64,000 nucleotides of DNA, taken from sequence record PQ015379.1; one strand, given 5' to 3'. The notes beneath the pieces are model-generated. The model did not search any database. It saw only the letters and a list, made by a program, of their open reading frames with translations, and was not told the DNA's origin. Of the stretch, positions 54,317 through 64,000 are shown in pieces (position 1 is the first letter of the stretch; each line of letters starts with the position of its first letter). The translations under genes and the position numbers were made by a program.

Positions 54317-55404
54317 TCTATTTGTACTTCGCGGTGGCTTTCGCCGCCCTGTGTTTCTGGCAATTCCGTCTCAAAGATTGGAGCGCCACCGGGATTGCAG
54401 CCATCGTCGGTTTCGTGGCGGTCCTTGCCTGCTACTACGTGCCACTTTACTGGACTGCATCCGACGAAGAAATTCTAAGCGGATCGGTCATGAAAAAAGA
54501 ACGTGTTTACGATCCGTATACGGAAACGTACACGTGCGGCACCGACTCGCACGGTAATCCGAAAACCTGCACGCGGTTGGTCGATCAGTGGCGCTGGGAT
54601 GTGATCAGCGATTATGGTGATTCGTTCAGCGAACACACGTCGCAAAAAGTTCGCGCCCCGGCCATCTACGCCGCTACGCAACTCGGTGATCCGTACGCCA
54701 GCACAAAGAAGTTCATGAATTACCAAAACGTGAGCGAACAATCGGTAATGATTGACCGCGAATCGGCCAAGGAATACCGGGGCTGGGTGCCTGAGTATCC
54801 GCACATTTACGCCGGGTTCAAAGTCAGTCGCGGTTTCTCGAACACGCCGTTCATGGATCAGCGCGGTCTGTCTCATTTCCTGTCGGTGGCGCAAAAGCGC
54901 TGGGGACCAATGCACGGGGTAAACGTTTCGGTCGTTGTGTTAGATCACCGCACCGATTGGAACGGCTTCACCAATGCGCTGGCCAGCAAGTGGAAAGGCG
55001 GCAAGAAAAACGACGCTGTGCTGGTACTCGGTCTGGATGAAAAGGGCGCCACGATTCACGCATGGGCCTTCAGCCGTTCCGCCGATGAAAAGACCGATGA
55101 ACGCGGGCGCAATTTCACCAAAGCACTGTACGAAAACGCACACGATGCGTTGATGGAAAAACGTGGCCCTATCGATGTGAATACCATCATCGATTCCATC
55201 GACAAATCGCTGGTGCTGTTCCAGCGTGAAGACCTTGGCCGTTACGACTTCCTCAAGGATGAATACGTGCCCGGTTGGCCTGCGATGATTCTGTCGTTTA
55301 TCATCATCTGCGCCATCGTTTCAATAACTGTAAAACAATCTTGTGACTACCTCGACCGGAATGGCGGCTATCGTCGCATGTACCGCCGTCGTGGCCTCAT
55401 GTAA
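54313..55404 (+). CDS. membrane protein with large extracytoplasmic domain (possibly TPM/DUF477-like)
   Basis: Two N-terminal TM + one C-terminal TM; W.GGKKND.VLV motif. Confidence 0.65.
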   Translation: MIYLYFAVAFAALCFWQFRLKDWSATGIAAIVGFVAVLACYYVPLYWTASDEEILSGSVMKKERVYDPYTETYTCGTDSHGNPKTCTRLVDQWRWDVISDYGDSFSEHTSQKVRAPAIYAATQLGDPYASTKKFMNYQNVSEQSVMIDRESAKEYRGWVPEYPHIYAGFKVSRGFSNTPFMDQRGLSHFLSVAQKRWGPMHGVNVSVVVLDHRTDWNGFTNALASKWKGGKKNDAVLVLGLDEKGATIHAWAFSRSADEKTDERGRNFTKALYENAHDALMEKRGPIDVNTIIDSIDKSLVLFQREDLGRYDFLKDEYVPGWPAMILSFIIICAIVSITVKQSCDYLDRNGGYRRMYRRRGLM

Positions 55405-55435
55405 CAACCCTCAAAACTGAAAAGGAATCACCTTA

Positions 55436-56047
55436 GTGAAAGTAGCGAACACCAATATCTCCAACCTGTGGATTTTCATCGGTCTGGCGGTAATCATCGG
55501 TTTCTGGACCGCGAGCATCAACAACACGCTGGTAACGCAGGAAGAGGGCATCGTCGGCGCCAACAAATCGCGCCAAGCCACGCTGTCGAACATCAGCCAG
55601 AAAATCAAGGAAGCCATCGGCGTTCAGGATATGAACGTTGAGAACATCCGCAAAACGGTGAACGAACAAATCGCGACACGTGCCGGTGATGGTGGCCTGA
55701 AAGCGACCATGTTGTTCCTGCAAGAAAACAACATCGCCCCTTCGCAGGCGCTGGCGGAAAAAATCGTGAACCTGATCGATCAGGGGCGCGAGAAATTCCT
55801 GAAAGAAGAAAAGATGATGCAGGATCGCAAAACTGTTTCCTGTACGTTCCGTGGTCGCTTCCCGAACAACATGGTGATCAACACCTTCGGCCTCGCTGAT
55901 CTGAAAATCGGTTGCAAGGGCGGCCAAGACGACTACGCGCCGCTGATGAATGACCGTGCTGCCCGTTCGTTCGAAACTGGCCAAGATCAGGGCCTGTACG
56001 AACTGCCACAACGTGCGCCAGCTGCGGCACCTGCTGCCAAGCAATAA
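55436..56047 (+). CDS. LemA-like membrane-anchored protein
   Basis: N-terminal TM, N.LV..EE.I, helical body, FPNN.V...FG. Confidence 0.65.
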   Translation: MKVANTNISNLWIFIGLAVIIGFWTASINNTLVTQEEGIVGANKSRQATLSNISQKIKEAIGVQDMNVENIRKTVNEQIATRAGDGGLKATMLFLQENNIAPSQALAEKIVNLIDQGREKFLKEEKMMQDRKTVSCTFRGRFPNNMVINTFGLADLKIGCKGGQDDYAPLMNDRAARSFETGQDQGLYELPQRAPAAAPAAKQ

Positions 56048-56055
56048 CGAAAACC

Positions 56056-56081
56056 GGGGCGTGGCTAGGCTGCGCCCCTTT
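56056..56081 (+). terminator. probable terminator
   Basis: GGGGCGTGGC-TAG-GCTGCGCCCC-TTT. Confidence 0.6.
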
Positions 56082-56370
56082 GGAGCCGGATATGGGCCAT
56101 CGGAATGTGACGACGAAACGCCAAGGGTTGATCAAACTAACTGGCACCAAACCAGTTGAGTCTGACGCCGATTTTGTGGACGAAGATTTTGATTTCATCC
56201 GTACCATTATCAATCTGGTGCGGCGCTACCCCAAATCGAAAGCCGAGTTCATCCGCACGGAATTGAACCGCTACCATCCCGGCATCACCGACCGCCAAAT
56301 TGCGAGGTGCTGCAAATTCATCACTTCCCGCTGGTCCGCGCCTACCCTGCGCGAACTGGCTAAACGCTAA
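56080..56370 (+). CDS. hypothetical protein (start uncertain)
   Basis: Fills gap on + strand. Confidence 0.5.
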   Translation: MEPDMGHRNVTTKRQGLIKLTGTKPVESDADFVDEDFDFIRTIINLVRRYPKSKAEFIRTELNRYHPGITDRQIARCCKFITSRWSAPTLRELAKR

Positions 56371-56387
56371 GGTACAAGGAAAGTCGC

Positions 56388-56759
56388 ATGCAGGAAATGA
56401 CGCCGCAACAAGTCAAAGAACTTTACGCAAAAGTTCGTGACGCCCGCGAGATTCACTGCTGCCCGTACTGCGGGGGCGGCAAGGTGAAAGAATATCGCCA
56501 GCACTCGCAGCATTGTTCCGGGCTGTGGAACACCAGTGTGCAGTTCGATTGCGGTGTGCAATTCGAATTTTCGCCGAACCTGATTCGCATCGAGCAGCGC
56601 TACATGTGCACCAAATCCCCCGATTGGAAAGCACGCCTCGCAAAAGTCGATAGCTTGCGTGCCAAATTGGTTGAGGTGGCCGTAGCCGAAGGCGCACATC
56701 CGGACGATGTGAAAAAACTCAAAGAAAAACTGGAATACTGGAATCCACGTTATTTCTGA
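56388..56759 (+). CDS. Zn-binding phage protein
   Basis: CPYCGG...HCSG...FDCG. Confidence 0.7.
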   Translation: MQEMTPQQVKELYAKVRDAREIHCCPYCGGGKVKEYRQHSQHCSGLWNTSVQFDCGVQFEFSPNLIRIEQRYMCTKSPDWKARLAKVDSLRAKLVEVAVAEGAHPDDVKKLKEKLEYWNPRYF

Positions 56760-56769
56760 GGAACTGAAA

Positions 56770-56955
56770 ATGCACGCTGGTGGATACGTTGAGTCGAAGT
56801 TGGAAGACTCGAAGAAATACGGCGAACTGGCCGAACTGTCTTACGTGATGTTGCAGGAATTGGTGCGGCTGCAAAGGAGCGGCCTATACAAGCCCAGCAC
56901 TGCCGTCAAACGCTGCCTTGAAAAAGCTGATCGTCTGGTGAATGGAGGTTTTTGA
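56770..56955 (+). CDS. small protein
   Basis: RBS GAGGA. Confidence 0.6.
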   Translation: MHAGGYVESKLEDSKKYGELAELSYVMLQELVRLQRSGLYKPSTAVKRCLEKADRLVNGGF

Positions 56956-57218
56956 TGGACCCGGAAGAAAAGATTTGGAGCCGTAGCGCTTCGGTGCCGC
57001 TGCGTAGCCTGTCGTCACACCACGCCAAGGACAACCGACGCGTAGTCAGTCACGTGGAATGTGCGTATAACTACGCGTTGCAACGGGCTGAAGCAACGGT
57101 CGCCAAGCTCGAACAGAAAACGGGTAAGCGTGCAGTTGATCGTCTGTACGAAACCCAATTTGTTCCGGTAAAAAATCACGTGAACCTGCGCGTGCGCATC
57201 ACCTTCTATTTGGCTTGA
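56955..57218 (+). CDS. small protein
   Basis: RBS GGAGG. Confidence 0.65.
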   Translation: MDPEEKIWSRSASVPLRSLSSHHAKDNRRVVSHVECAYNYALQRAEATVAKLEQKTGKRAVDRLYETQFVPVKNHVNLRVRITFYLA

Positions 57219-57234
57219 AGTTAAGGAACTAGAC

Positions 57235-57978
57235 ATGACCGAAGTACGTTTGGACTACGACGAAAAACTGCGCGAAATTATCTCGAAATGGGAAGATTCG
57301 CTGGACAGCAACCACGACGATTATGAATCGGTCGATGGTGAGGAAGGCGACTTCGGTATCGTTCGCTACTACGGCCTCGATGTGGACGGCAACGCGAACG
57401 TCCACCTGATGACCAAATACGTGCATGGCGGTGACAGCGAAGATTCATATTACACGCTGGCCGGGGCCGAAATGGTTCAGAAAATCATCCGCCAGAATTT
57501 CGAAGCCGCGTTGCGTAGGTCGCTAGAGGATTCGCTGGACCCCGGCACCAGCCGAGGCATGTTCCATGGCTGGCGTGCCGAAATGGAAAAGGCCGCACAA
57601 CTGATGGATCAGCAGAAGCGCAAATTCGGCGGTGAATTGCACCTCGGTTACGAAGAACTGTTCCCGAAAGAAATCGAGGACGGCGCAATTTACCGCGTCG
57701 GTTACAAGCACTACGTGGCAAAGGTGCACCAGCCGAAACGCGAAGGCCATAAGGCCATGATGTTTTTCTACAACATCACCAACCCGAGCGAGCGTCTGTA
57801 CATTGCGCTGAAAGCCCGGCCCGGCCACGATGAAAAACGCGGTATGTTTTACACGCACCCCGAAGTTTGGAGCCTCGCTTTCGGTCGTCGCGAAATTAAA
57901 AGCGTCGTGCTCGAACCAGACGCCCACGGCGATTGGCGCAAATCTTACAGCACACCAACCGTTTGGGATCTGCCATGA
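57235..57978 (+). CDS. hypothetical protein, acidic N-half
   Basis: RBS AAGGA. Confidence 0.8.
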   Translation: MTEVRLDYDEKLREIISKWEDSLDSNHDDYESVDGEEGDFGIVRYYGLDVDGNANVHLMTKYVHGGDSEDSYYTLAGAEMVQKIIRQNFEAALRRSLEDSLDPGTSRGMFHGWRAEMEKAAQLMDQQKRKFGGELHLGYEELFPKEIEDGAIYRVGYKHYVAKVHQPKREGHKAMMFFYNITNPSERLYIALKARPGHDEKRGMFYTHPEVWSLAFGRREIKSVVLEPDAHGDWRKSYSTPTVWDLP

Positions 57979-58307
57979 AAGAATTGATCATTGCTCTTTG
58001 GGTTGTGTTCCCTGCGATCTTCATATTTTTGGTGCTGTGGGCCTTGCACGATCCTACTGTAAAGAAAGAGTGGGGACGTATTGTGGCCATCACGTACACC
58101 CTGACGCTGTTCGTCGCAATCTATGCTGGTATCTACCCGAACATTCAGCAAAAGATCGAAGACTATTTCGCGCCGCCTGAACCTGAACCTGTTGCCTCGG
58201 CATCACATGTGCCCCGTGCGCTTCGTTCGCAAACCGTTCCGCGTGGCGCCCACAATCAATGGATAGGCCGCAACCCTTCCAACATTTACGAGAGTCGTGG
58301 TCAATGA
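57975..58307 (+). CDS. two-TM membrane protein
   Basis: ATGA overlap. Confidence 0.7.
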   Translation: MKELIIALWVVFPAIFIFLVLWALHDPTVKKEWGRIVAITYTLTLFVAIYAGIYPNIQQKIEDYFAPPEPEPVASASHVPRALRSQTVPRGAHNQWIGRNPSNIYESRGQ

Positions 58308-58765
58308 TCGAATATATCAAAAGCATTCCACGTAAAGCATGGTGGCTGATAGGTTGGTCGGCCCTGTACGCGATGATCGCGCTGGGTTACATGATTTACG
58401 AAATCCAGACCGATGTTTTCTTCACCGACAAATCGCAATTCCGTGGCGTGCTGATGCTGGTGCAAATGCCATGGTTAATCATCATGGGTGCCCCGTTGTG
58501 GCCCGGCACCCGGTTGAATCGCTGGGTGTTTGCTTCGAAGAAAGAACATCCGTACCACGTGATCATCGAACAGAGCCGACAGATGTACGTGATTGGCATT
58601 ATCGGGACCAGCGTAACGTTGTCCTCCGGATACAAGGACGCCATTCGCTACAGAACGTCGCAGGAAGCTAATTCCGTACGGGACATGCTGCAAACCAATG
58701 CGGGGCCGGGGCAACAATACGCGGTTGAAGTTGTGTTCCGAATTACTGCGAGAAAACCAGAATGA
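58304..58765 (+). CDS. membrane protein
   Basis: ATGA overlap, two TM. Confidence 0.7.
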   Translation: MIEYIKSIPRKAWWLIGWSALYAMIALGYMIYEIQTDVFFTDKSQFRGVLMLVQMPWLIIMGAPLWPGTRLNRWVFASKKEHPYHVIIEQSRQMYVIGIIGTSVTLSSGYKDAIRYRTSQEANSVRDMLQTNAGPGQQYAVEVVFRITARKPE

Positions 58766-59580
58766 AATACGAAATCTACCAAGTCTCCAAACAAGGCCTG
58801 ACCTTCGAAATCGGCGTCATGCACTCCGACGCGCTCACGCATGCCGACGTGGCCGAGCACATGAAAGTCTGCATTTCCGCAACCTACGATGCGACGTTCG
58901 GCAGTGTCGATGTGGTGGGCGCCGGGTTCTGTTCCGAAGGCCTGCCGATCAAGTGCTGGGGCCATTCGGATTCGCTGAATCTTTCGAGCCGTGGCGATGC
59001 AGACGAAATGGCGCTGGCCAGTTCCACGCTGCATTTCAACAACGTGAAGGTTTCCGCATTCGACCGCATCAGCAGCGTGGCGGGCAACCTGTCGCAAACC
59101 TGCGGCCTCGACATTCGCAAAATGCGTGAACAGATTTTCGTTGTTGGCCACCAGTTCAGCGCCTACGATATCGCAACCGAAGACTACGCCGATTTCGAAG
59201 AAGGCATGCTGCTGCGCTACAAGGGGCCGGGCCTCGATGCAGACGGTGATGTAATTCACATGTTTGCTGTCGATTCCGGGTCGAAATACTACGCCGATTT
59301 CGACGGTGTTTACTGCGTGACCGAAAAGGACATGCGTTGCATTTTCGAGGATAGCGAAATCGTGCGGCGCTTAGCACGCGTGCAGTCGGGCGTGGTGCTG
59401 TTCGGCCCGGACAAAACGCCGCAAGTCGTGACCATCGACGGCATTGTCGATCCGTGGCCACTGACTGACAACCACGAAGAATTCCGCGCCATCTATTCGT
59501 TCCTCGGTCAAGAACAGAAGCTGACGACCGAAGGTTCGCTGCGCGCCATTCTCGAATTCTTCCACATCGAAATGGACTGA
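58762..59580 (+). CDS. hypothetical protein (272 aa)
   Basis: ATGA overlap. Confidence 0.8.
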   Translation: MKYEIYQVSKQGLTFEIGVMHSDALTHADVAEHMKVCISATYDATFGSVDVVGAGFCSEGLPIKCWGHSDSLNLSSRGDADEMALASSTLHFNNVKVSAFDRISSVAGNLSQTCGLDIRKMREQIFVVGHQFSAYDIATEDYADFEEGMLLRYKGPGLDADGDVIHMFAVDSGSKYYADFDGVYCVTEKDMRCIFEDSEIVRRLARVQSGVVLFGPDKTPQVVTIDGIVDPWPLTDNHEEFRAIYSFLGQEQKLTTEGSLRAILEFFHIEMD

Positions 59581-59625
59581 TGCTTTTCAGTTACGAAAGT
59601 GCCGTCCGTGAATGCCAGCGTATGA

Positions 59626-60083
<458 letters not shown>

Positions 60084-60084
<1 letters not shown>

Positions 60085-60887
60085 TGCAATTTCAAAACAG
60101 TCCGTTGACCGACGAAGAAAAAGCGTTGGTTTTCATCAAGGTTGAACAGCTGGGGTTGCGCCCGGTACTGATCAGTGAAACCGGCAGCATGGCATGGGGC
60201 ACCAACACCCCGGAATCTGATCATGATTTCACGGTTGTTGCGCACGACGTGGATTACAACTATTTCCGTTGGCCACGTGATTCGTTCAGCGAGCAAATGC
60301 CCTTCGGTTCCGCCATCTGCGACGTGCGCTATTTCTCGGTGCACAAATTCCTGCGCAAGCTGGCCCGTTCGGAACTGGTGGCGTACGAATCGATCTACAC
60401 GCCGCACGTTTATTTCGGTGAAGAAAGCAAAGAGCTTCGCCTGTATCGCTCGGTGATCGACCGCTGCTTCGACCCGCGTGAAATGTACCGTTCCGTTATC
60501 GGTTCGCTGCAATCGGTGAAGCACGTCGATCCGAAGAAAAAACGCCGCCAGCAATTCCGTTACATGTTCGTCGGCTTGCAACTGATCGACTACATCCAAA
60601 CCGGCGTCAAGCCCGTGGTGAACATCGAACAGTATCGCGAACTTGCGGCCCCCAAACCCTACGCCCCGATGATCGAACAGCTTTACGCGTGGGCCATGGA
60701 ACCCGACCAAACGGAACTCGACAACGAACTTTCGTACGGCGTCAAAACCACGCTGATGGAATTCACGTATCCGAAGCTGGTTGATTTCAAACAAAACGAG
60801 CACACCGAATTTTTGAGCTACGTGCTCGGTCGCCTGATGGGCAAAGCCACCAACTGGCGCGAACAGCTTGAGGACCACGGCGAATGA
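60084..60887 (+). CDS. nucleotidyltransferase (Pol-beta superfamily, RlaP/PF10127-like)
   Basis: GSMAWGTNTPESDHDF (GS..G....SD.D); TGATG overlap and RBS AAGGA. Confidence 0.85.
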
Positions 60888-61159
60888 ACAAACACGAACA
60901 CGGATACCACGGGCGTTCCCTTTCGGTGGCCATGCTGATGCGTCGGGCCAAAGCGTTGTCGCGGGCACCCGGCGATTACATTTGGGATCAGCTGAATGCG
61001 CGTTTCGTGCGTGCGCACCATCGTTGGAAAACCCGCTACGAACGCCAGCGCCAGCATGCAATCCATCTGGAACAACTACTGGCCGAAAAGAACGCCCACA
61101 TCAGGGAACTGCAAAATGAATTGCGCGAACATCGAGCACCCCAGTTTTACGCTGAATAG
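60884..61159 (+). CDS. small coiled-coil protein
   Basis: ATGA overlap. Confidence 0.65.
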   Translation: MNKHEHGYHGRSLSVAMLMRRAKALSRAPGDYIWDQLNARFVRAHHRWKTRYERQRQHAIHLEQLLAEKNAHIRELQNELREHRAPQFYAE

Positions 61160-61571
61160 TGCACAGTGGGAACGGCTGGAATTATTTCTGACCAGCGAAC
61201 CCGGTTGGGATGGCGGTAATGCCAAAGGTGCACCGACCCCGGCGACGGTGGCCGAAGCACTTCAGGTTCTGAAATTCTTGCGCATGCACGGAATCAAAAC
61301 GCCGTGCATGTTCATGGGCAGCTGTGGCGAAATTGAAATCGCACACATTTCGAAAGACCGGCAGACCTATCTGAATATCGAGTGCACGGGTGAAGGCCAG
61401 TTCATGATCGGTTGGTTTGACAACGCACACGAAACGGCGTTCTTCATTCACAACCTGACGGAAATGCCTGAACCATTTATTCAGGCAATGCGGAAAGTGG
61501 AGGAAATGGAGTATGGCCCGACAGACGAAATTGGAAACTGGTCAAATCGAAGCGAAGATTCGCCGCGCTGA
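61116..61571 (+). CDS. hypothetical protein
   Basis: GWDG..A..P...GEIEI motif; start uncertain. Confidence 0.6.
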   Translation: MNCANIEHPSFTLNSAQWERLELFLTSEPGWDGGNAKGAPTPATVAEALQVLKFLRMHGIKTPCMFMGSCGEIEIAHISKDRQTYLNIECTGEGQFMIGWFDNAHETAFFIHNLTEMPEPFIQAMRKVEEMEYGPTDEIGNWSNRSEDSPR

Positions 61572-61785
61572 ACAGCAGGCAATCAAACGCGGGTTCATCA
61601 CGAAGGTGAACGAAATCGAATACGGTTGGACCCTCGCCGTCTGGTTCAATGGCAAGCAAAAGGCAATGATCGAACTGGCCAAAGCAGGCAATGCCGTATG
61701 CCGCTTCTACGACTCGAAAGGGGCCACCGTACGCGTGACGACCGACATGCCCGAGGCCGCTGTAAGGCAGTGCTATGCCCGCTAG
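61513..61785 (+). CDS. small protein
   Basis: RBS GGAG; overlaps upstream gene. Confidence 0.55.
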   Translation: MARQTKLETGQIEAKIRRAEQQAIKRGFITKVNEIEYGWTLAVWFNGKQKAMIELAKAGNAVCRFYDSKGATVRVTTDMPEAAVRQCYAR

Positions 61786-61801
61786 GCCGGGGCCTGCAAC
61801 C

Positions 61802-61886
61802 TTGACACGGCAACCCGACGAATGGTAGTGTGGCGGCTTGGCCATTCTGTGGCCGAAGCCTTCGCACTCACACAATTGAGGAAGTT
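61802..61886 (+). promoter_or_regulatory. sigma70-type promoter + hairpin + conserved leader motif (copy 7)
   Basis: TTGACA-18-TAGTGT; CACTCACACAATTGAGGAAGTT at 61865-61886. Confidence 0.8.
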
Positions 61887-61891
61887 TAGGA

Positions 61892-62875
61892 ATGGCTGGT
61901 AAACGCTTGGAGTTGGTGGAAAAGCTGGTGGGTCAAATGATCGCGGAAATGGGCGCAGTGCGTTTCATTATCGCGGTTGGAAATGCAACCAGCCACGGCG
62001 GCGCGTTGTTGGCAAATGACCGCATCGATTTGGATCGCGACGACGTTATGCTGCAAAGCTGGCATCGTGGTATCGACGAATTGCGCAACGTTGCCAAGTG
62101 GATGGAAGGTGACGAATCGCAAGCCGAATATTTCTTGGGGCAACACACCTCCGGAAAAATGTACGGCAACAAACCGCGCCTTTCTGACCGCATCGGGGAA
62201 TACAGCCTCGACCAAATGACGATCAATGATCGTACGCAACACCCGATTGCTTCGGTCGAGCATTTGGTTTTCGAACTGACTGGCGAGAAAATTCAGTTCC
62301 TACGTGAAAAGGGCGACCGCAAATCGACGGTGCTGCTGCGCTGTGGCCTCGCCGTGTTCATGAATGAAGTGATTGGCGCCATGGGCGACGACCACGAATT
62401 TCAGGAAGTGGTTTTCGCCATCGCTAAATGCGTGGCCGAATCCGGTGTGTCCGTGAACTGGAAGCACTTCGAATATTCGTGTAACGCGCATTACAACCGC
62501 GTTAAACGTGTGGTGGTCGATACCGAGGAAGAAGAGGAAGAGGAAACCGATACGCTTTGGTACACCAACGCCGACACTATCGAAGCGCTGGTGTATAAAG
62601 AACTCGGCACCATGTTCCACTTGGGGGCCGCGCATCACGGCGCCGACTTCGTGCATCTGCCGGTCAACGAACAGACGTTTGTCGAAGTTCTGCAAACGTT
62701 CGTGCGTAACCAGCGTAGCGTCGGCCACGTTATCGACACGTTCAACGACCGTTTCAATCTGTACGTGACGTGCGAGGAAGTGAATCAGCGTGTGGTTGCA
62801 GGTCCGGGCCAAAAATCGCTGCACCCGCGTGTCGTACGCAAAGCGAAAGCCGCACGGGCCGGTGCACTGTCGTAA
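61892..62875 (+). CDS. early protein (327 aa) with acidic tract
   Basis: ATG 5 nt after leader motif; DTEEEEEEETD. Confidence 0.85.
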   Translation: MAGKRLELVEKLVGQMIAEMGAVRFIIAVGNATSHGGALLANDRIDLDRDDVMLQSWHRGIDELRNVAKWMEGDESQAEYFLGQHTSGKMYGNKPRLSDRIGEYSLDQMTINDRTQHPIASVEHLVFELTGEKIQFLREKGDRKSTVLLRCGLAVFMNEVIGAMGDDHEFQEVVFAIAKCVAESGVSVNWKHFEYSCNAHYNRVKRVVVDTEEEEEEETDTLWYTNADTIEALVYKELGTMFHLGAAHHGADFVHLPVNEQTFVEVLQTFVRNQRSVGHVIDTFNDRFNLYVTCEEVNQRVVAGPGQKSLHPRVVRKAKAARAGALS

Positions 62876-62881
62876 AACCAA

Positions 62882-62904
62882 GGGCCGTTCGTTTTGAGCG
62901 GCCC
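62882..62904 (+). terminator. hairpin after gene (terminator or processing site)
   Basis: GGGCCGTTC-GTTTT-GAGCGGCCC; no U-tract. Confidence 0.45.
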
Positions 62905-62926
62905 AATCACTTAGGGACAATGAAAC

Positions 62927-63232
62927 ATGGAAACAGTAGGAATTAACTGGGGTGCGGTGCAGGTGCTGCTGCCTGTATTGGTGACTATCGCAATTTTCAG
63001 CTTCATCATTTGGAAAATCGAAAACGCCAAACGCATCGAAGACCGGTTGCGGAACGAAACCATCAGCAAGATTTACGACGCCATGGCCGCCGTTCCCATG
63101 GGCGCGCACGTTCCGCCTGTGGCTGTGGAACGTTACCTGAGTTACATCAAATATCCAGACCCGACGTTTGATGCGCTGGCCATCCTGATTCAGGAACGTG
63201 ACAACGCACGCACGTTTGCCCCGAAAGAATAA
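62927..63232 (+). CDS. single-pass membrane protein
   Basis: N-terminal TM. Confidence 0.7.
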   Translation: METVGINWGAVQVLLPVLVTIAIFSFIIWKIENAKRIEDRLRNETISKIYDAMAAVPMGAHVPPVAVERYLSYIKYPDPTFDALAILIQERDNARTFAPKE

Positions 63233-63270
63233 CCCGGCAATAAATTCTCCCTTTATCAAGGAACATCAAA

Positions 63271-64000
63271 ATGTACCGACCACGACTGATTCACCGCGCC
63301 TCTTTCCACTACAGCGAAATTAAACGCGGCCAAGGCCTTTGCGAACTGATCAACTACGACGTGATTGGCGATCCCGAATACGATTGCGGGGCCGTTGGTT
63401 TCAGCTGGGGCCGGACCGAACGCGACATGCGGGAAAACGTCCCCTATTCACTTGTCGTGCTTTCCTGTACACCACGTGTTGAACAGGATGAATTGAGTCA
63501 CCCGCAAGATCGCAACTACGTCACGCCGTGGGCACAAGGGCGCCAGCTGTATGCGCTGCTGCGCACTGAATTACTCGAAACGCTGGGCGGCCCTGAAGCG
63601 ATTAGCGCCGGTATCCAAGACGTGCTGGAAGGGCGTCACCAGTTGGCGGCACCGATGTTGCCGCGTGGCCCCTATTGCCTGTGGCACGATTTGGAGCACG
63701 ACATTTATTTCGCGCCCAACGCCACATTCCTGAAGCTGGTTTATTCGATCATGAACCGGCCTCCGTTTTTCTCTGCCGAAATCGACAACGAGTTGCATAT
63801 CGGTGACAAACTGAAATTGGCGACCATCATCAACGGTCGTTCGTGCAAAAGCGTTTTCGGCATGCGTGCCATGGAAGGTCCGGTAACGAGCCTCCTACCA
63901 AACCAAGTAACGGTTAAAACGCACGGCAAAGATTTTCGCATGCCGTATGTGTACATTCTGACGCACGAAATTCCAGTGCTCAACGAAGCGAGGCCCCGTG
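63271..64000 (+). CDS. hypothetical protein, runs off window (partial)
   Basis: RBS AAGGA, ATG 63271, no stop to window end (my translation). Confidence 0.75.
   Translation, partial: MYRPRLIHRASFHYSEIKRGQGLCELINYDVIGDPEYDCGAVGFSWGRTERDMRENVPYSLVVLSCTPRVEQDELSHPQDRNYVTPWAQGRQLYALLRTELLETLGGPEAISAGIQDVLEGRHQLAAPMLPRGPYCLWHDLEHDIYFAPNATFLKLVYSIMNRPPFFSAEIDNELHIGDKLKLATIINGRSCKSVFGMRAMEGPVTSLLPNQVTVKTHGKDFRMPYVYILTHEIPVLNEARPR

Overview
Gene-dense, almost entirely plus-strand, co-oriented segment (GC roughly mid-50s %) of about 170 mostly small ORFs. It contains no capsid, tail, replisome, integrase, rRNA, tRNA or CRISPR array. It reads as the early/accessory region of a large (probably jumbo) lytic phage. 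A Pseudomonas-like gammaproteobacterial host is inferred from AlgR-like and AlgP-like features and codon style; the phage cannot be named from sequence alone. Recognisable products are DUF1353, a metallophosphoesterase, a SLOG/DprA-like protein, a lysozyme-like muramidase, a stand-alone LytTR domain, an XRE HTH, a pyrimidine-dimer glycosylase, a TrfB/KorA-like HTH, a KTSC + KPAA-repeat protein, a TraR/DksA zinc finger, a GNAT, a 2OG-Fe(II) oxygenase, two tandem acyl-carrier-protein domains, a LemA-like protein with a membrane partner, and a nucleotidyltransferase. The strongest unexplained signal is non-coding. Seven sigma70-type promoters are each followed by a 5' hairpin and a 22-nt conserved motif CACTCACRMAWTWDRGGAAGTT at a fixed distance, and in one copy that motif forms the 5' arm of a terminator-like hairpin. 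Three further dispersed repeat classes are present. All family calls are from motif recognition by eye; no searches were run.
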